From the NCBI RefSeq assembly GCF_009914755.1, contig NC_060928.1: a DNA stretch of 64,000 bases. One strand, given 5' to 3'. The notes under the pieces were generated by a model. It saw only the letters and a list, made by a program, of their open reading frames with translations, was not told the DNA's origin and made no database searches. Made by a program: the position numbers and the translations under genes. Shown in pieces: positions 11,736 to 26,097 of the stretch (positions are counted from its first letter, which is position 1; the number at the start of each line of letters is the position of its first letter). Source of the DNA: the human T2T-CHM13v2.0 reference genome, Homo sapiens.

Positions 11736-13494
11736 CAACTGCTTCCTGAGGGGCTCCCAGCTGAGTGTGACTTGAAGAGAGTTTCAGGAAAACTCTGGAG
11801 TATTTTCCTGTGTTGTATAATTTATGTATCTCATTGTAAATAGGTTTTCAGGAAAATATGTTTCGATTGTTTACCATTATTAAAGTTCCTAAGTATCCCA
11901 CTTTTCCTGGGAGAATCTCCATTATTATCTTACACTTTCCTCTTTTCAAAATATATTACTGCCGTCTCTTCCTCAGTCATGTACAATGCACAAAGAATTC
12001 TCCTAAGAACCTTGAAAAGATTCATTAACTGGCTGCCAGTTTATATAAAAGCAAAACATTTAATCTTAGAATATTCATCACACTGGCAAGCAACCATATT
12101 TTGAACACTGTTTCCTTGTCACATCTCATCTCTCTTAAGTGTTACAGGAGTGTTTGGCTAGAAAACTTGAAAATAAGCTTTATTGCTAACTGACAGCTCC
12201 TATAAAGACTTTAACGAGGTAGAAAAGATTCCTGCAGCCATAAATTCATTACATGCATATTTTTAATAAATATTTTTAGTGTTATAATCTACATTCCTTT
12301 CTCAAAAATGTGACCTTGCCACATTTGATTTAGATTAATACTCTAGTCATTTATAAAGTAAAAGCCAAGCTGTATTCTAGGGCAACGATTTTAATTCAGG
12401 GTTTCTCTTAAATGTGGTTATCGGCGTGCTGATTATACTTGCAATTACATGTGGACGTAGGATAGGTTTTTATGGAAATTTAGTATCTTCCAAATAAATA
12501 TAGTGAACAACCATAACCACTTTTATGTCTGCTAGTTGGGCAGATTTTGCAAAAATAGACTTACGGATCTTATATCTCTTTAAAAACACTTTAAATGTGC
12601 TTTCTTTACTGCATAGTACTTAAAGAATTGGAGAATCATTATAATTTACCTATATTTTGCTGATTAGAAAGAATATAATTAAACAATAATTAGTATAAAC
12701 AGAACGGTAAGTACTAGACTACATCTATCCTGATTTCCACACAAAAGGACAGTGGTGAGAACAGTGTGCACTGTAGAAAACCTCCAGTATTACTGGGGAT
12801 TTTATGGACAATCTGTGCAAGACTAGTTCCACTTGTCAAGGCTATTGACCTTAGCTGGGTGTATGTAACATGTGGCTTGAGTCCTAAAATGGGCCAAGTT
12901 ATCTTCACTTTGAGAACTATTTCTTAGCCCCAGAATGTCCTAGCTAAGCATTAAATGAGTATCCATTCACCATTCAAGACACAAAGGAAGACTGCTCCAA
13001 TTCCCCATAAATAGCACTTGTGTGGAAAAACTAGATGGTGGAGTTCATATTAAACGGGCACAACACAACAGCACAGGCATCTGAGCCCATCTTCTTCACA
13101 CTTGAAAGGTCGTGTAATCTCAGCACTGGCAGGTCTGCCAGCAGCTGTCTGTATGTTTCTCCTCACTTGCTGATGATGGAATTCATGACCAGCTTTGTTT
13201 TCATTCACTTCCCTCACCCCAGTCCCAACTCTCTAAGGATGAGAGAAACATATGCAGCAGTCAAGGGGTGAAAGATGCTGGAGCTGCAAGTTTCAGAGAT
13301 TATCTCACCCACCATCTCTATTTTCTACAGAAGGCAGCAGAGGTACTAACAGGTAATGAATGACTTGTCCAAATTGTTCTAATTAGTAAATACCACAGCA
13401 GGACCCAAGCCAAGATGCCCTACCTAATACCTGCTGGATTTGAAATTAAAACCTGAGAAATGCATTCATTGTTATTCACTTAAAAGTAGCATCG

Positions 13495-13800
<306 letters not shown>

Positions 13801-13801
13801 C

Positions 13802-13928
13802 CCTAATAACAAACCAAAACGTGGCAGAGTGTTCACGTCTGTAAACCCAGTTAATGTCCAGCAACGCCAATAACGAACCAGAAAGTGGCAGAGTGTTCAC
13901 ATGTTTGTAAACCCAGTTAATGTCCAGC
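13802..13928. repeat. Tandem duplication, about 64-bp unit x2
   Basis: GTGGCAGAGTGTTCAC...GTAAACCCAGTTAATGTCCAGC at 13821 and 13885. Confidence 0.9.
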
Positions 13929-13929
13929 T

Positions 13930-15008
13930 TAATAGAAGGTGGCTGGATTCTCACACCTGCTTCTGCCCTCTGTCACAAAATGCTCTTTTGGTTGAAGTAT
14001 GTGAAGAAAATCCAGCCTCAAACACATGTAAGCCGGACAAGTGGGGCACATTTTAATTGCTTTTTCTGAGCTGTAGTGACACTTCTTCGGGACTACACCA
14101 AAACGCAGCAAGTGGTGGTCTCTTACCGCCAACTGCCATGGAGTCGGAAAGCAGATCAATCGACTCACATTAAAATCCAGTCGTTTATCTTGCACTAGGA
14201 ATAGATCTTTCCCCAAGCATGACTTCTGCCGATCTTTCAAATGTTGACCCCTTCATTATACAACATCAAAAAAAACTGCTCACTGACATGACTACAGATC
14301 TCAGCAGGAGTCTATGGGTGCTGAGTAGCCGGCAAGCTCACCACGGCAGATGCAAATTTTCCAGAATTCTAATTTCTAAGGAAAGCTTAAATGTATCATA
14401 AGCAACAAATACTGCCAACTGTTTGCCTAGAGATGATGGGTGTAGCTAGCTCATTTTCAAGAAAACATCTGCAAATGCCTATGTGCAAATAACTAGTTTG
14501 TCTGTTGCTTTTTAAAGTAAAAATAAAAAAAAATCAAGGCAGCTAGTTCTATGAGCACCTCACTTGTCTGAGCTGTTCCTCAACAGGACCACTGTCATTG
14601 GACACACCTGCATGCTCTCTGTGGCCTCTCATCACGCTACGCAGAACAGGAAAAACCCACGGGCTTCAGAGCCTTCATGCAAATGTCTACTATCTGATCC
14701 TTTATAGAAAAAGTCATCATTTTTACTGCTTCCTCAAGGACATCTTAAGTGAAACCAGCATTTTCTTTTACTATCGCAAATGGTAAAATTCTTTGACTAT
14801 TTACATTGGCAGTGACAATGATTATTCATACGGCGAAGGGCGACTATTGGTGCGAAGCTGCCAGCCAGTGATCACTAATGCAAATGTCCCAACAGTGGAA
14901 AAAGGAAACAATGTCTTAGTATATTATGAAAATAATTTAACCCCGCAGACTGCCAGAAAGGGTCTGGAAAATCTCCAGGGGTTCTGTGGACCATACCAAG
15001 AACTGCTG
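13930..15008. mobile_element. Charlie1-family hAT DNA transposon remnant
   Basis: TGAAGAAAATCCAGCCTCA, TTTTACTGCTTCCTCAAGGACATCTTAAGTGAAAC, TCTTAGTATATTATGAAAATA and terminal GAACTGCTG resemble Charlie1a. Confidence 0.75.
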
Positions 15009-15207
15009 CTACAAATATTCTGCCATCATTATGTTAAAGAAATATTCACTGTTCAAAAGGACGTTTTTATAGATGACTGCAGCATTTTTTTTTTTAAAAA
15101 AATCACAATTTAAATTTACAAAGTACTTGACGGATAGCTTTGAAAACTCAGTCCTCATTACAGCAATATGTAGAATCATTTCTGCTTCGTAGAACTGTTC
15201 CCCTAAT

Positions 15208-15410
15208 ACAGGGGTCAGCAAACTATTGGCCAAATCCAGGCCACGGCCTGTTTTTGCAAATAAAGTTTTATTAGAACACAGACACACCCATTCGTTTATG
15301 TACGGTGTCCAGCTGCAGCGGGAGCTGAGTGGTTATTAACAGGAAACGTGTGGCCCACAAAACCAAAAATATTTACTATCTAAGTCCTTCATGCAAGTTT
15401 GCCACACGCT
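15208..15410. mobile_element. MER58A-like hAT element
   Basis: CAGGGGTCAGCAAACT...AATAAAGTTTTATTAGAACACAG...AATATTTACTATCT...AAGTTTGCCA. Confidence 0.8.
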
Positions 15411-15602
15411 GCTCGAATAGAAAACCCAGTGGGCTGACACGACAAAAACATTTCTGCAAAATTTGGCTTAAGATAATGCAAAAGGGAAAGTCTTTAGTTT
15501 TTCTTCTGGGTCTATATCCTCACACAAAAACTAAGTTAAGCTAAGTTAGGGAAAAGACAGTTACTGAACTGTGGTGCCATTTCACATGGCAGTGGGTCTT
15601 AC

Positions 15603-15748
15603 CAGAAGGTCTGTTTGGCTGTCTGAATGACACTTGCAGACATCTCCACATCAATGTAGTCATAGTGCAGAGCCTCCGGGTCTGTGGACGATCCCGTCTC
15701 TGCGAGTAAAATCCCAATCCACCTGCCCATGTCTTCAGAAGAAGATGC
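15603..15748 (-). CDS. AFAP1: AFAP1 coding exon (146 nt, phase 0-2): [49 protein letters not shown]; end of PH2 and YDYI (Y451/Y453) SH2-binding motif
   Basis: Absent from the ORF track and read manually. Acceptor TTCAACAG|GCA, donor CTG|GTAAGA; 48 codons + 2 nt. Confidence 0.95.
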
Positions 15749-16383
15749 CTGTTGAAGTGGGAAAAAAGGTAGGCTGTATTTAACTAAAGATTTTTACATT
15801 TTCATAAATGTGTCAATAAAGAGACCACATAATAGGAAAGGCGATGAAACATGATGTCCCTAAGAAGAAACGAAAAGGAACATGGCTGAGCGATGGGATT
15901 AACGTCACGTTCGCAGCAGGCCTTAATTTAGGAAGTGTCATCCCGATTACACCAAAGGTGAATGAAACTCTGAGGTCCTAAACTGCCTTCCCATTACTGT
16001 GGGGAAAGGCACTAGGGTGTAAGACAGGAAAATTAACAGGATTAATTGCATCCCGGCTGAAGGAAGTTGCTGGGGTGCCTTTGGCAACACCACCTGACCA
16101 TGAGAAGGGGCACGTCCCAGCTGCTGCTGCCTGACTTGGGAAGCGTGACCAAGCTCCAGGCCCTTTACTGGTCGCAAACTTTTTTATACCAGGAGCCCTG
16201 GGTGAGCCCCCCTACATGGGCCTGAAATGGTCATTTAGTTTCTTGATTAGATGATATAAAAAAGTAATTTCCTTTGATATCAATTGTGTTTCCACAGGGG
16301 AAATGACACTCTGTAATCACTGGGCTGCTTTAGGCACACCATTTTTTAAGATGTTTGCTATCTCCTCCATTTGGTCTGCTTAA

Positions 16384-16747
<364 letters not shown>

Positions 16748-17325
16748 TTAAGCCATTGTTTTAAAGTGATTTAGAAAATCAGTTACATTTTTAGTGGTAT
16801 TTGAAATCTTTAAAAATTTTGATTAATCAAATATGCAAATAATGGTTAAAGTTTAGGAGAAATTAAGCTATCAAATCTATGAGTTAACTGAATGTTGAAG
16901 AAAAAAATTTATTGCTTATAAAAATTACTAATTTAAATAAAGATCTCTAAGTTGAGCTTAAAGAAAATTGGGTTTTATAATTATAACCTTGACAAGTTTA
17001 ACACTGATCATAATATAAGTAATTGTAAATATTCCATGCAATGTATAAAGGCCTCTCTAAAGGAAGGGATGTTAACAAACAAGCAGCTACTTTTTATGTT
17101 GAGAAATTGGCTAGTGATATTTTCCATATAACAAATCATTACTAACCATATACACAATGAGGCCATGAGGACAAAGGGAAGGAGTGCCCATTAAGTACCT
17201 TACAGAGAGTAAAAGAGAATCAGTGTTTGCCAAATTAAAATGAACTGATTTGAATACCTGGATTAAAACAAAAAAAACCACAAATGTGTTCTCTTCACAG
17301 GTCTTATGTCCTTCCTAAAACAAAA

Positions 17326-17327
<2 letters not shown>

Positions 17328-17359
<32 letters not shown>

Positions 17360-17625
17360 AGACAGAGTCTTGCTCTGTCACTCAGACTGGAGTGCAGTGG
17401 TGTGATCTCGGCTCACTGCAAGCTCTGCCTCCCGGATCACGCCAGTCTCCTGCCTCAGCCTCCCGAGTAGCTGGGACTACAGGTGCCCACCACCACGCCC
17501 GGATAATTTTTTGTATTTTTAGTAGAGATGGGGTTTTCACTGTGTTAGCCAGGATGGTCTCGATCTCCTGACCTTGTGATCTGCCCACCTCGGCCTCCCA
17601 AAGTGCTGGGATTACAGCACCCGGC
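17328..17625 (-). mobile_element. Alu (AluY-like), long poly-T, small deletion near the head
   Basis: CACTGCAAGCTC..CACGCCA diagnostic positions; TSD AAACAAAATCT. Confidence 0.93.
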
Positions 17626-18382
17626 AAACAAAATCTATATTGAGAATGTATCCATGATTAATCTATACCTATGTCACTATAACCATTTCATCAAAGCATT
17701 TTAAAAATGTTTTAATACAATTAATATCTAAGATGTAATTGATATTATTACTTTAGAGTTTACCAATTGTTTTCTTCACAGTTCATTGTATGAAATGTCC
17801 TCAGAGGCTTTTAAAAAATAATACTGTGGTGTTGGAGGTATTAGTTCTCACAGCTTTTAATACATAGATAGGTATAGACATAGAGACGTGTGTGGGTGCA
17901 TATATGTATGTATGCATGTACGTGTATATATACACTTGTAAGTATCTGTCATATGTATAACATATAAACGTGTGAATGTGTGTGTATGTATCCACATCCA
18001 CACATCTGTTTCTAGCGTTTGTCTACTGAAAAGACCCAGGAGCTCTGGCCCGCCGGCAGAAGTGAGCACATCTGGCCCCCAGATCCTGGCTTCTCAACTC
18101 TCCGCCATTCTCCACTAAAAGGAATCACATGCTTTTGGGGAACGGCTGACTCCAGGTCTGGAGCAGGGAAAAGTACAGGATGAGCCTGGGGCATCTCCTT
18201 GTGCCACAAAGTAAGGAAAGTGCTCCAAGCATGATGGACTATATAATCTCTTTATTACAGGGACATGGCAAAGGACAAACAGCCAGCTCCGAGGGCCTCC
18301 TGCTGACCAAATCTGTGATAGTTTGACCAAAATAAGTCACGACAGTAAAGGATATAATCACTGATTAAAAATCTATAGGCTG

Positions 18383-18688
18383 GGCCAGGCGCAGTGGCTC
18401 ACGCCTGTAATCCCAGCACTTTGGGAGGCCGAGGCGGGCGGATCATGAGGTCAGGAGATCGAGACCATCCTGGCTAACACGGTGAAACCCTGTCTCTACT
18501 AAAAAATAAAAAAAAATTAGCCAGGCATGGTGGCGGGCACCTGTAATCCCAGCTACTCAGGAGGCTGAAGCAGGAGAATGGCGTGAACCCGGGAGACGGA
18601 GCTTGCAGTGAGCTGAGATCACACCACTGCACTCCAGCCTGGGCAACAGAGTGAGACTTGTCTCAAAAAAAAAAAAACAAAAAAAAAC
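18383..18688 (+). mobile_element. Alu (AluY)
   Basis: GAGATCGAGACCATCCTGGCTAACACGG and GAATGGCGTGAACCCGGG. Confidence 0.95.
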
Positions 18689-18692
18689 TATG

Positions 18693-19000
<308 letters not shown>

Positions 19001-19990
19001 TCTATGAATTCCCACTGATATACATACATATATAAACAAACGAATAATTAAATGGGAATAAAGGAAAATGGTCTCACAGTCGATGCTAGCTAATAAATGT
19101 AGAAGGAATAACGGAATTAGAACGTCACCATTTAGAAACTGTCATTATGATTGTTACAGGCAAAGAGTCATTAATGGATGCTGGAACCAGTGGGTGAAAT
19201 TGTGAGTAATAATAGGATAGTTACATAGTTTCAAAGCATCTTCCCACATGAGACTTAGAGGGGAAAAATGCAGTCAATTTACAGTGGGGAAACCTTACCC
19301 AAGGGATCAAAATTAACATCATGAGCAGTGAGACACACAGACGCTGTGGGCCTCCTGATGTAACGCAGCATGAAACATGCCGCCACCTCCATGGGCTCCC
19401 ACTATAATTCTCTGCTGGATCCCAAGGAGAGGTAACAGCAGACGCGCCCAAACCTGGGAGCCTTCTACAGAAAAGCAGTCTCCTTCCTAAGTGTCAATGA
19501 TGTTGTCGAGGCAGACGGAGCAGGCTAAAGAGACGCGGCAGCGGACTACAACACACAGGCTGGGGTTTCCTTGTGCTCCTGAAGGACATGATAGGAATAA
19601 CTAGAAAAACCTGACGAAGATCTAGGACTCAGACCAGCATGCTGTATGCATGGTAGTTTCCTGACTGTGATCATATTACACTGTGGTTCTGGTAAGGTGT
19701 TTTCAGCAAATATACATCAAAGTATTTAGGGATAAAAGCACAACATACCTGCAAAAGGTTCTGAAAAAAATCCTACACAAAGACATACAGACGTAGAGAG
19801 AAAGGGGCGCGGGGGAGAGTACACACGCAGGGCTGTGCAAGAGACAGCAAGCATGCGGAATGTTGGTCTTTGGTGGATATGGGTGAAGGGCGCACAGGCA
19901 TCCTTCGTGCTATCCTTGCAACTTTTCGGTAACTCTGAAATTATCTCAAAACAAAAGTTAAAATAAAAGGATCTTGGAAAAAGTATAGAT

Positions 19991-20382
19991 TGCAACTCTA
20001 TTGGCTGGCTCACAGCACTGCAACTCTATTGGCTGGCTCACGGCACTGCAACTCTACTGGCTGGCTCACAGCACTGCAACTCTATTGGCTGGCTCACAGC
20101 ATTGCAACTCTATCGGCTGGCTCACGGCACTGCAACTCTATTGGCTGGCTCACGGCACTGCAACTCTACTGGCTGGCTCACGGCATTGCAACCCTATTGG
20201 CTGGCTCACGGCATTGCAACTCTATTGGCTGGCTCACAGCACTGCAACTCTATTGGCTGGCTCACGGCACTGCAACCCTATTGGCTGGCTCACAGCACTG
20301 CAACTCTATTGGCTGGCTCACAGCATTGCAACCCTATTGGCTGGCTCACGGCATTGCAACTCTATTGGCTGGCTCACGGCAT
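19991..20382. repeat. Minisatellite, 28-bp unit x14 (TGCAACTCTATTGGCTGGCTCACRGCAY)
   Basis: Units counted at an exact 28-bp period from 19991 to 20355. Confidence 0.98.
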
Positions 20383-22330
20383 TTCACCACTGATGAGGTC
20401 AGGCTTCTTGCTTACATTGGAAGGCTGTAGATGTTTATGTGTCACTTGTAAGTGAAGTCACTTTTCAGCTGTAAAAATAGTTGTACACGAAGTGATACTG
20501 GGTAAACTTCCAATTCTTGCTGTCGTGTCATTCAGGAAACTGCGTCTACTCACTTCAGCTCTCTCAAGGAATAAGCACCTTCCTCAGTGGTCCAAGCGTT
20601 TGTGAAGGTATGAAATGCTACCACTTTCTCTCCAGGACTCGGGGCACACAGCTACTGTGCCCCCAGCAATGGCAGGGCAGGTGACTTCTTCACCAAACAG
20701 CTCCTGACTTCCACCCACCCCCACCGCACCCCGAGCTTCTCTGTCTGGGCACTTGCCCAGCATCTCCCTCTTTATTCCTGTATCTTACCCGTGCCAATTC
20801 ATGCCTCCTTCTCCTTGCAACCCTTCTCAGATCTGCTGTCAGAGCTCTCATGGGAGACCCTCATTGTTACATCAAGAGTACAGTTTCTTTATTTAAGTTT
20901 TCAGCTTTTTTCCACCGCCATCCACCCTCCAGTTTTCAGCCTACATAAATGTTTACAAGGTACACTGACTCTAGCTCAGCATTCGTGTTTTACGGTGGGT
21001 AAAGAAGCTGAGAGAGAACAAAAGCTTTGGCCGTGGTCAGGGTCTGCACAGAGCTGAGACTGGAACCCAGCTGTCCCAAGCCCATCTGAGCCCAGCCCTC
21101 TCTGTTAGATCACACTGCTGCAAAACCAGCCACGGGGGCAGCAATGCGTGCTTCTGACCTTCCCTTACGTCCTGAGCCCTGCAGGAAAAAGACAGTGTTC
21201 ATCTATTTTTCATCCCCACCAAAAAAAAAAGCAGCCTCTATGAAAACAGTCCCTGCAATGAACTCCTATGTATGAAATTCAAGATCTTCAGAAAGACTGC
21301 CTGACTGGGCAGCCGTGGCTTAGGTCGCAGCCCCAGGCACTCTCTCCTCTGCCGATGAGTGTCACTGTGCACGCATGTAGAGCCGGCTCCCACACCAGGT
21401 GAGTTTCTGCCACACACCGGCCACCCAGCACGCCTCACATGAACTGGTTTCTATCGATTCTACAGCACAAGGTGCGTGACATGGATGCGACCATCTGGCG
21501 TGTGAATGCACGGATCTGTCTGTGTGTGTATCTTTGCATCTTGGTCATAATAACACTAAGTGGGGGAAAAGACTCAGAAATAAAGGGAAAAATCACAGGA
21601 AAAAAAGGTCTAAAACTGGGTAGAAAACATCAACAGAATGTTTTCTATGATGAAAAATTAAAAACTTTCAATAATGAAAGTTTTGAGTATGTAGCTATGA
21701 GTTTTAACTGTCTTTTCTGCTTTCATGAGTAAGAAATTCTAGTGAAGCAGCCAAATAAATAACAAAGCGTGCACCAAGCCCAGGGCTCCGAAACAGCAAA
21801 GGCGCTCTTTCAGTGTCTGTGTCATGTGGCTCACTGGCCGCCGTCTATAAGGCATTCAGATGGCCCCAAAAAGTCTTCCATCTGTAAAGAAGTCCAGAAC
21901 ATTCCAAAGGAAACATTTACCACCATTTCAAAGAGCTCCTGGGGGAAAGAGCTTTCCTGGAAATTTTAAAACAAGTTATTTTCCAGGTGCTTTAGAAAAG
22001 CAATGTACTCTATGGGATTGTGTATTTAATTTCCCTGCAACCAGGCATAAAGAGGAACTCAGACAAGGAGGCAAGTCAATCTGATGTGTACAAATGGGTA
22101 GAAAGTGGTGCTGGGGTGCCGTCATTGACGTATCTCCCAGAAAAAAGACTGAGGCAAGAAGTAAAGCAAAGACTCATGGACTGGGCAGTGAGAGAAAAGA
22201 GGGTGGGCCCAAAAGAGGTACTGTCAGCGAGATGGGAGGAATTTTGATAGAGGAGTCAGCATTCGCCTTTTGAAAGGAAGATCACCGCGTGTGTCCCTCT
22301 GTGGAGTACAGCCCCTGGGAAATATCCTAC

Positions 22331-22542
22331 CTCCAATACTGCAACCTCCTGGCCGTTGCGCAGCAGCCGGAACGTCAGAGGATGTTTAGAATCCAAACCC
22401 GGGATCACCTCGCAGCCACGGAGCGGAATAGACACAATATGGGTCTTCAGGTCGGTCCTGTCCTTGTGGAAAATGAGCTTGTTATCTTTCACTCGGCACC
22501 AGCGCTCTCGCCAGCGGCTGTTGGAGAGCACGTTCAGATAGC
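22331..22542 (-). CDS. AFAP1: AFAP1 coding exon (212 nt, phase 1-0), PH domain 2: [22 protein letters not shown]...QEVAVLE
   Basis: Acceptor CTCCGCAG|GC, donor GAG|GTAGGA; 2 nt + 70 codons; PH beta-strand pattern. Confidence 0.97.
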
Positions 22543-23704
22543 CTGCGGAGACACAAGGCCACAGGTCAGCCGCCTCGGATAAGACCAGGCGAGGTGAAGA
22601 CGTCTAGGGTCACACTGAGGAGGCCCAGGGATGGGAGTGTGGATAAAACAAATCCTTCACACGATCGATCAAGCTTTAAATGCAAATTCGCATAAACTAG
22701 GAGAGCCGTGGCTACGGCATCACAAGTTTTGGGGGCTTTTCATGACACCACACAGGCCGTATCTGGAAGCCCCTCATTTAACATGTGCAACGAACCAGTT
22801 ACCAGATGCCTGGTGTTGATGTGGGACTATGGAATTCACCTAAAGCATGTGAGAAGTTAGCAAGCCATCAGGTTTCGGATGGCCAGGATGGGGGCACGAC
22901 AGCTGCCTTCAAACTGGAAACCGATTTCACTTATTTTGAGGAGCTGCAAATGATACAAGTAGAGTAAGAGTCACAGGCAGGCAGATTTTGGCTTAACATG
23001 AAGAAACAAAAACTATCTAAAAATGAAAACTTTCCAAGAAATAGGAGGCCCTGGGAGGCACTAAGATCCCCAGCGCTGGAAGCAGCCCGCAGATGGCAGA
23101 GGCCCTGAGTGCAGGTTCCCACCTGAGGCTGAGGACGCACCTGCCGCCTTCCTGCTCCTCAAACTGCAAAGCGACGGGTGAAGCTGCCCGGAGGAAATCT
23201 AAACTCTAAAGTCTGAATCTTCATGAAAGTTTGTGATCCGTGTCTCTGGTATGGCACAACATCTTCAGTATATCACAGATAGAGGAGTGGTAGAATGACA
23301 GGAAAAATTATTATCCTCATTTAAAAAAAAAAACCTCCTCAAATACAGGAAATGGACACTTTTCACTTGTTACAAACATAAAATGAATTCTTCTAGAAAT
23401 AACAAGACATGAAAAAATAGATACCAGGGTGGCTGTACCTTCCAACCACACCATAATGCTAGTAAATTACTGCCCCCTTCCTTTAAGATTTAGAAAGCGA
23501 GATAAATAGCATAGAAAATGTTGATAGTGGCAGAAAAGGAAGTACCAGATTCCTAACTCAAGTTCAGCTACTCCTTCAATTCACACATGCACACACACAC
23601 ATACCCCTGCCTCAAAAACGTCACACATACCCCTACCTCAAAAATGTTAAGAAACAAAACAAAATACATCCTTTCCAATTCTGATTTTTCAGATTCCTTT
23701 TCCA

Positions 23705-23828
23705 GCCAATAGTAGTCCCAGCTACTTGGGAGGCCGGGGCAGGAAGGTCACCTGAGGTTAGGAGTTCAAGATCAGCCTGAGCAACACAGTGAGACCCTAT
23801 CACAAAAAAAAAAAAAAAAAAAAAAAAA
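23705..23828 (+). mobile_element. FLAM/Alu monomer fragment with poly-A
   Basis: GTAGTCCCAGCTACTTGGGAGGCC...GCAACACAGTGAGACCC followed by a long A-run. Confidence 0.85.
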
Positions 23829-24445
23829 CTAATCAATTAAAATGCCTTTCCAAAAGGGTTTTGGAGGATGTTTCTTACTGCTTTTATGTTCTCAATCTTA
23901 CACACCTTATTAGCAATTGATAAATGCTATAAAGACAAAAAAAAAGAGAGAGGTATGTTCAGGACCCAGAATGATGCTTTATTACTTATAACTATTGGTT
24001 CAGTGACTTACTAGGTACACACTTATAAAGTCTAAATTTTCATTGGCTGAATATGATGTCATTTCTACCAACACACACTGAAGAGAAATGCACACTGCTT
24101 CTTCTGGAACTAAAACTTTCATCTGGGGTGTGGGCTGATGTTGTTAGGGAGTGACAGAGAAAGGAGGAGCCAGGCTGAGGCTCCAAGGCCTGTGCCGTGG
24201 CCGCCCTCTTGTGTTCAGAGAGCAAACTACACTCGATCCAAGCTCCTTGTATTTCAGACACTTAGGAGGGCTGCAGGGAGGTGAAGAGGCCCTAGAATTA
24301 AAGTAGGAAAGAGTCTCAGAGGCTTTACTTCTTGAAGGAGGACGTTAACTCCCAGATAATGTGAAGTATCTTGTCCAAGACCACACAGCAAAGCAAGACC
24401 TGAACCCCTGTTGGGAGTTAAAGACGGCAGATAAAGAGCTGTTAA

Positions 24446-24817
<372 letters not shown>

Positions 24818-25307
24818 AATACATTTAGTCTTTAAAAAGAAAAAAGAAACCTCTACTTAAAAAGAGAATCAACTATCATATCTGAGCACCCGAGTAACAG
24901 CGCTGGGAACCACGTGCTCGCCATGGCTCTGACACCATCTAGAGTAACCACTCATGCTGAAAGCCGACACTTTTACATTTTTAGACTTCCATACAATGAC
25001 AGCCAACTGTATCAATCCTAAGTATGTTTTGAGCATGAGTTGACAAATGTAATGGTGTATCTGAAAGGAAGAGGAAGGCAAGGAGTCCCCTCAAATAACT
25101 TCACATACTGAGGTGCATTAAGATAACATGCCCAAAAATGGCTTCTGAAAAGGAGCAGTAAGCTACAGGGCAAGGAAAACAGCCCGTGCTCTGGAGTGGT
25201 CAGGGCCCAGGCAACCCTTCACGAGGCCGTGATAAGGAGCAGAAGAAACCAAGAATTGAAATGCCAGTGACCTCAATGACAGAGACCACACAGTGCAGCA
25301 GGGCAGC

Positions 25308-25585
25308 AGTTCCCAACCACAGAGGACCCAGTCCCGATCCCCAAAACCACAGGGGACCCAGTCCCCAAGAGGGCAATTCCTAGCCACAGGGGGACCGGCC
25401 CTGATCCCCAACCACAGGGGACCCGGCCCCGATCCCCAACCACAGAGGACCCAGTCCCCAAGAGGGCATGGACTCTGCAGTGGGGCGGCAATTCCCAACC
25501 ACAGGGGGTCCAGTCCTGATCCCCAGCCACAGGAGACCTGGCCCCGATTCCCAACCACAGGGGACCTGGTCCCGAAAAGGGACAT
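25308..25585. repeat. Degenerate GC-rich minisatellite built on CCCAACCACAGRGGACC
   Basis: About 8 copies of the core at irregular spacing. Confidence 0.85.
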
Positions 25586-26082
25586 GGACTCTCATGGTGT
25601 CTTCTTCCCTGACAGAATCTGGCCAAGGCCACCAGATACTATGAATTTCTTGACATTTCAGCTGTAAAAGGGATGATTATATTGGACAGATCCACATTTT
25701 ATTTAGAACATGATTTTATATGCAATTATCGTAATACCCCCAATTTTCCCCCCAAAAAAATCCCCTGGGATAACAGACCTGTTCACAACAGCAGGTAAAT
25801 CCACAGTCACCTGTCTGTTTTCAGCGACTGCCCCTACCCCATCCAGCCCCCTGCCACCATTTCTCAAAATGGGGAGGCCCAAAGTTCCTATTTTCTGGCT
25901 GGGGAACATGAAGAGGCCACGAAGGAAATGGCAGACAACCTCATCTAAGGAGTCTAGAGTCAGGGGGTCCTCTGGACCCCCCAATATTCTCCCAATCTGA
26001 CACCTCTAGCCTGGCTGATGAAATCAGTGCTGACCCGGACCCCAAGTCATGTCCAGGAAAGGTTACGCTGGAGCAACATCCA

Positions 26083-26097
26083 CCACCAGGTGGTGCC
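26083..26097 (+). promoter_or_regulatory. Candidate CTCF site
   Basis: CCACCAGGTGGTGCC differs at one position from the core CCASYAGRKGGCRS. Confidence 0.45.

Noticed and set aside
11254-11843. Pro/His/Ser-rich ORFs
   Set aside because: Translations of the 65-bp minisatellite.
19991-20382. CRISPR-like array or repeat protein (ORFs 19990..20455)
   Set aside because: Units are head-to-tail with no unique spacers and no cas genes, in a human intron. The ORFs are a by-product of a stop-free 28-mer.
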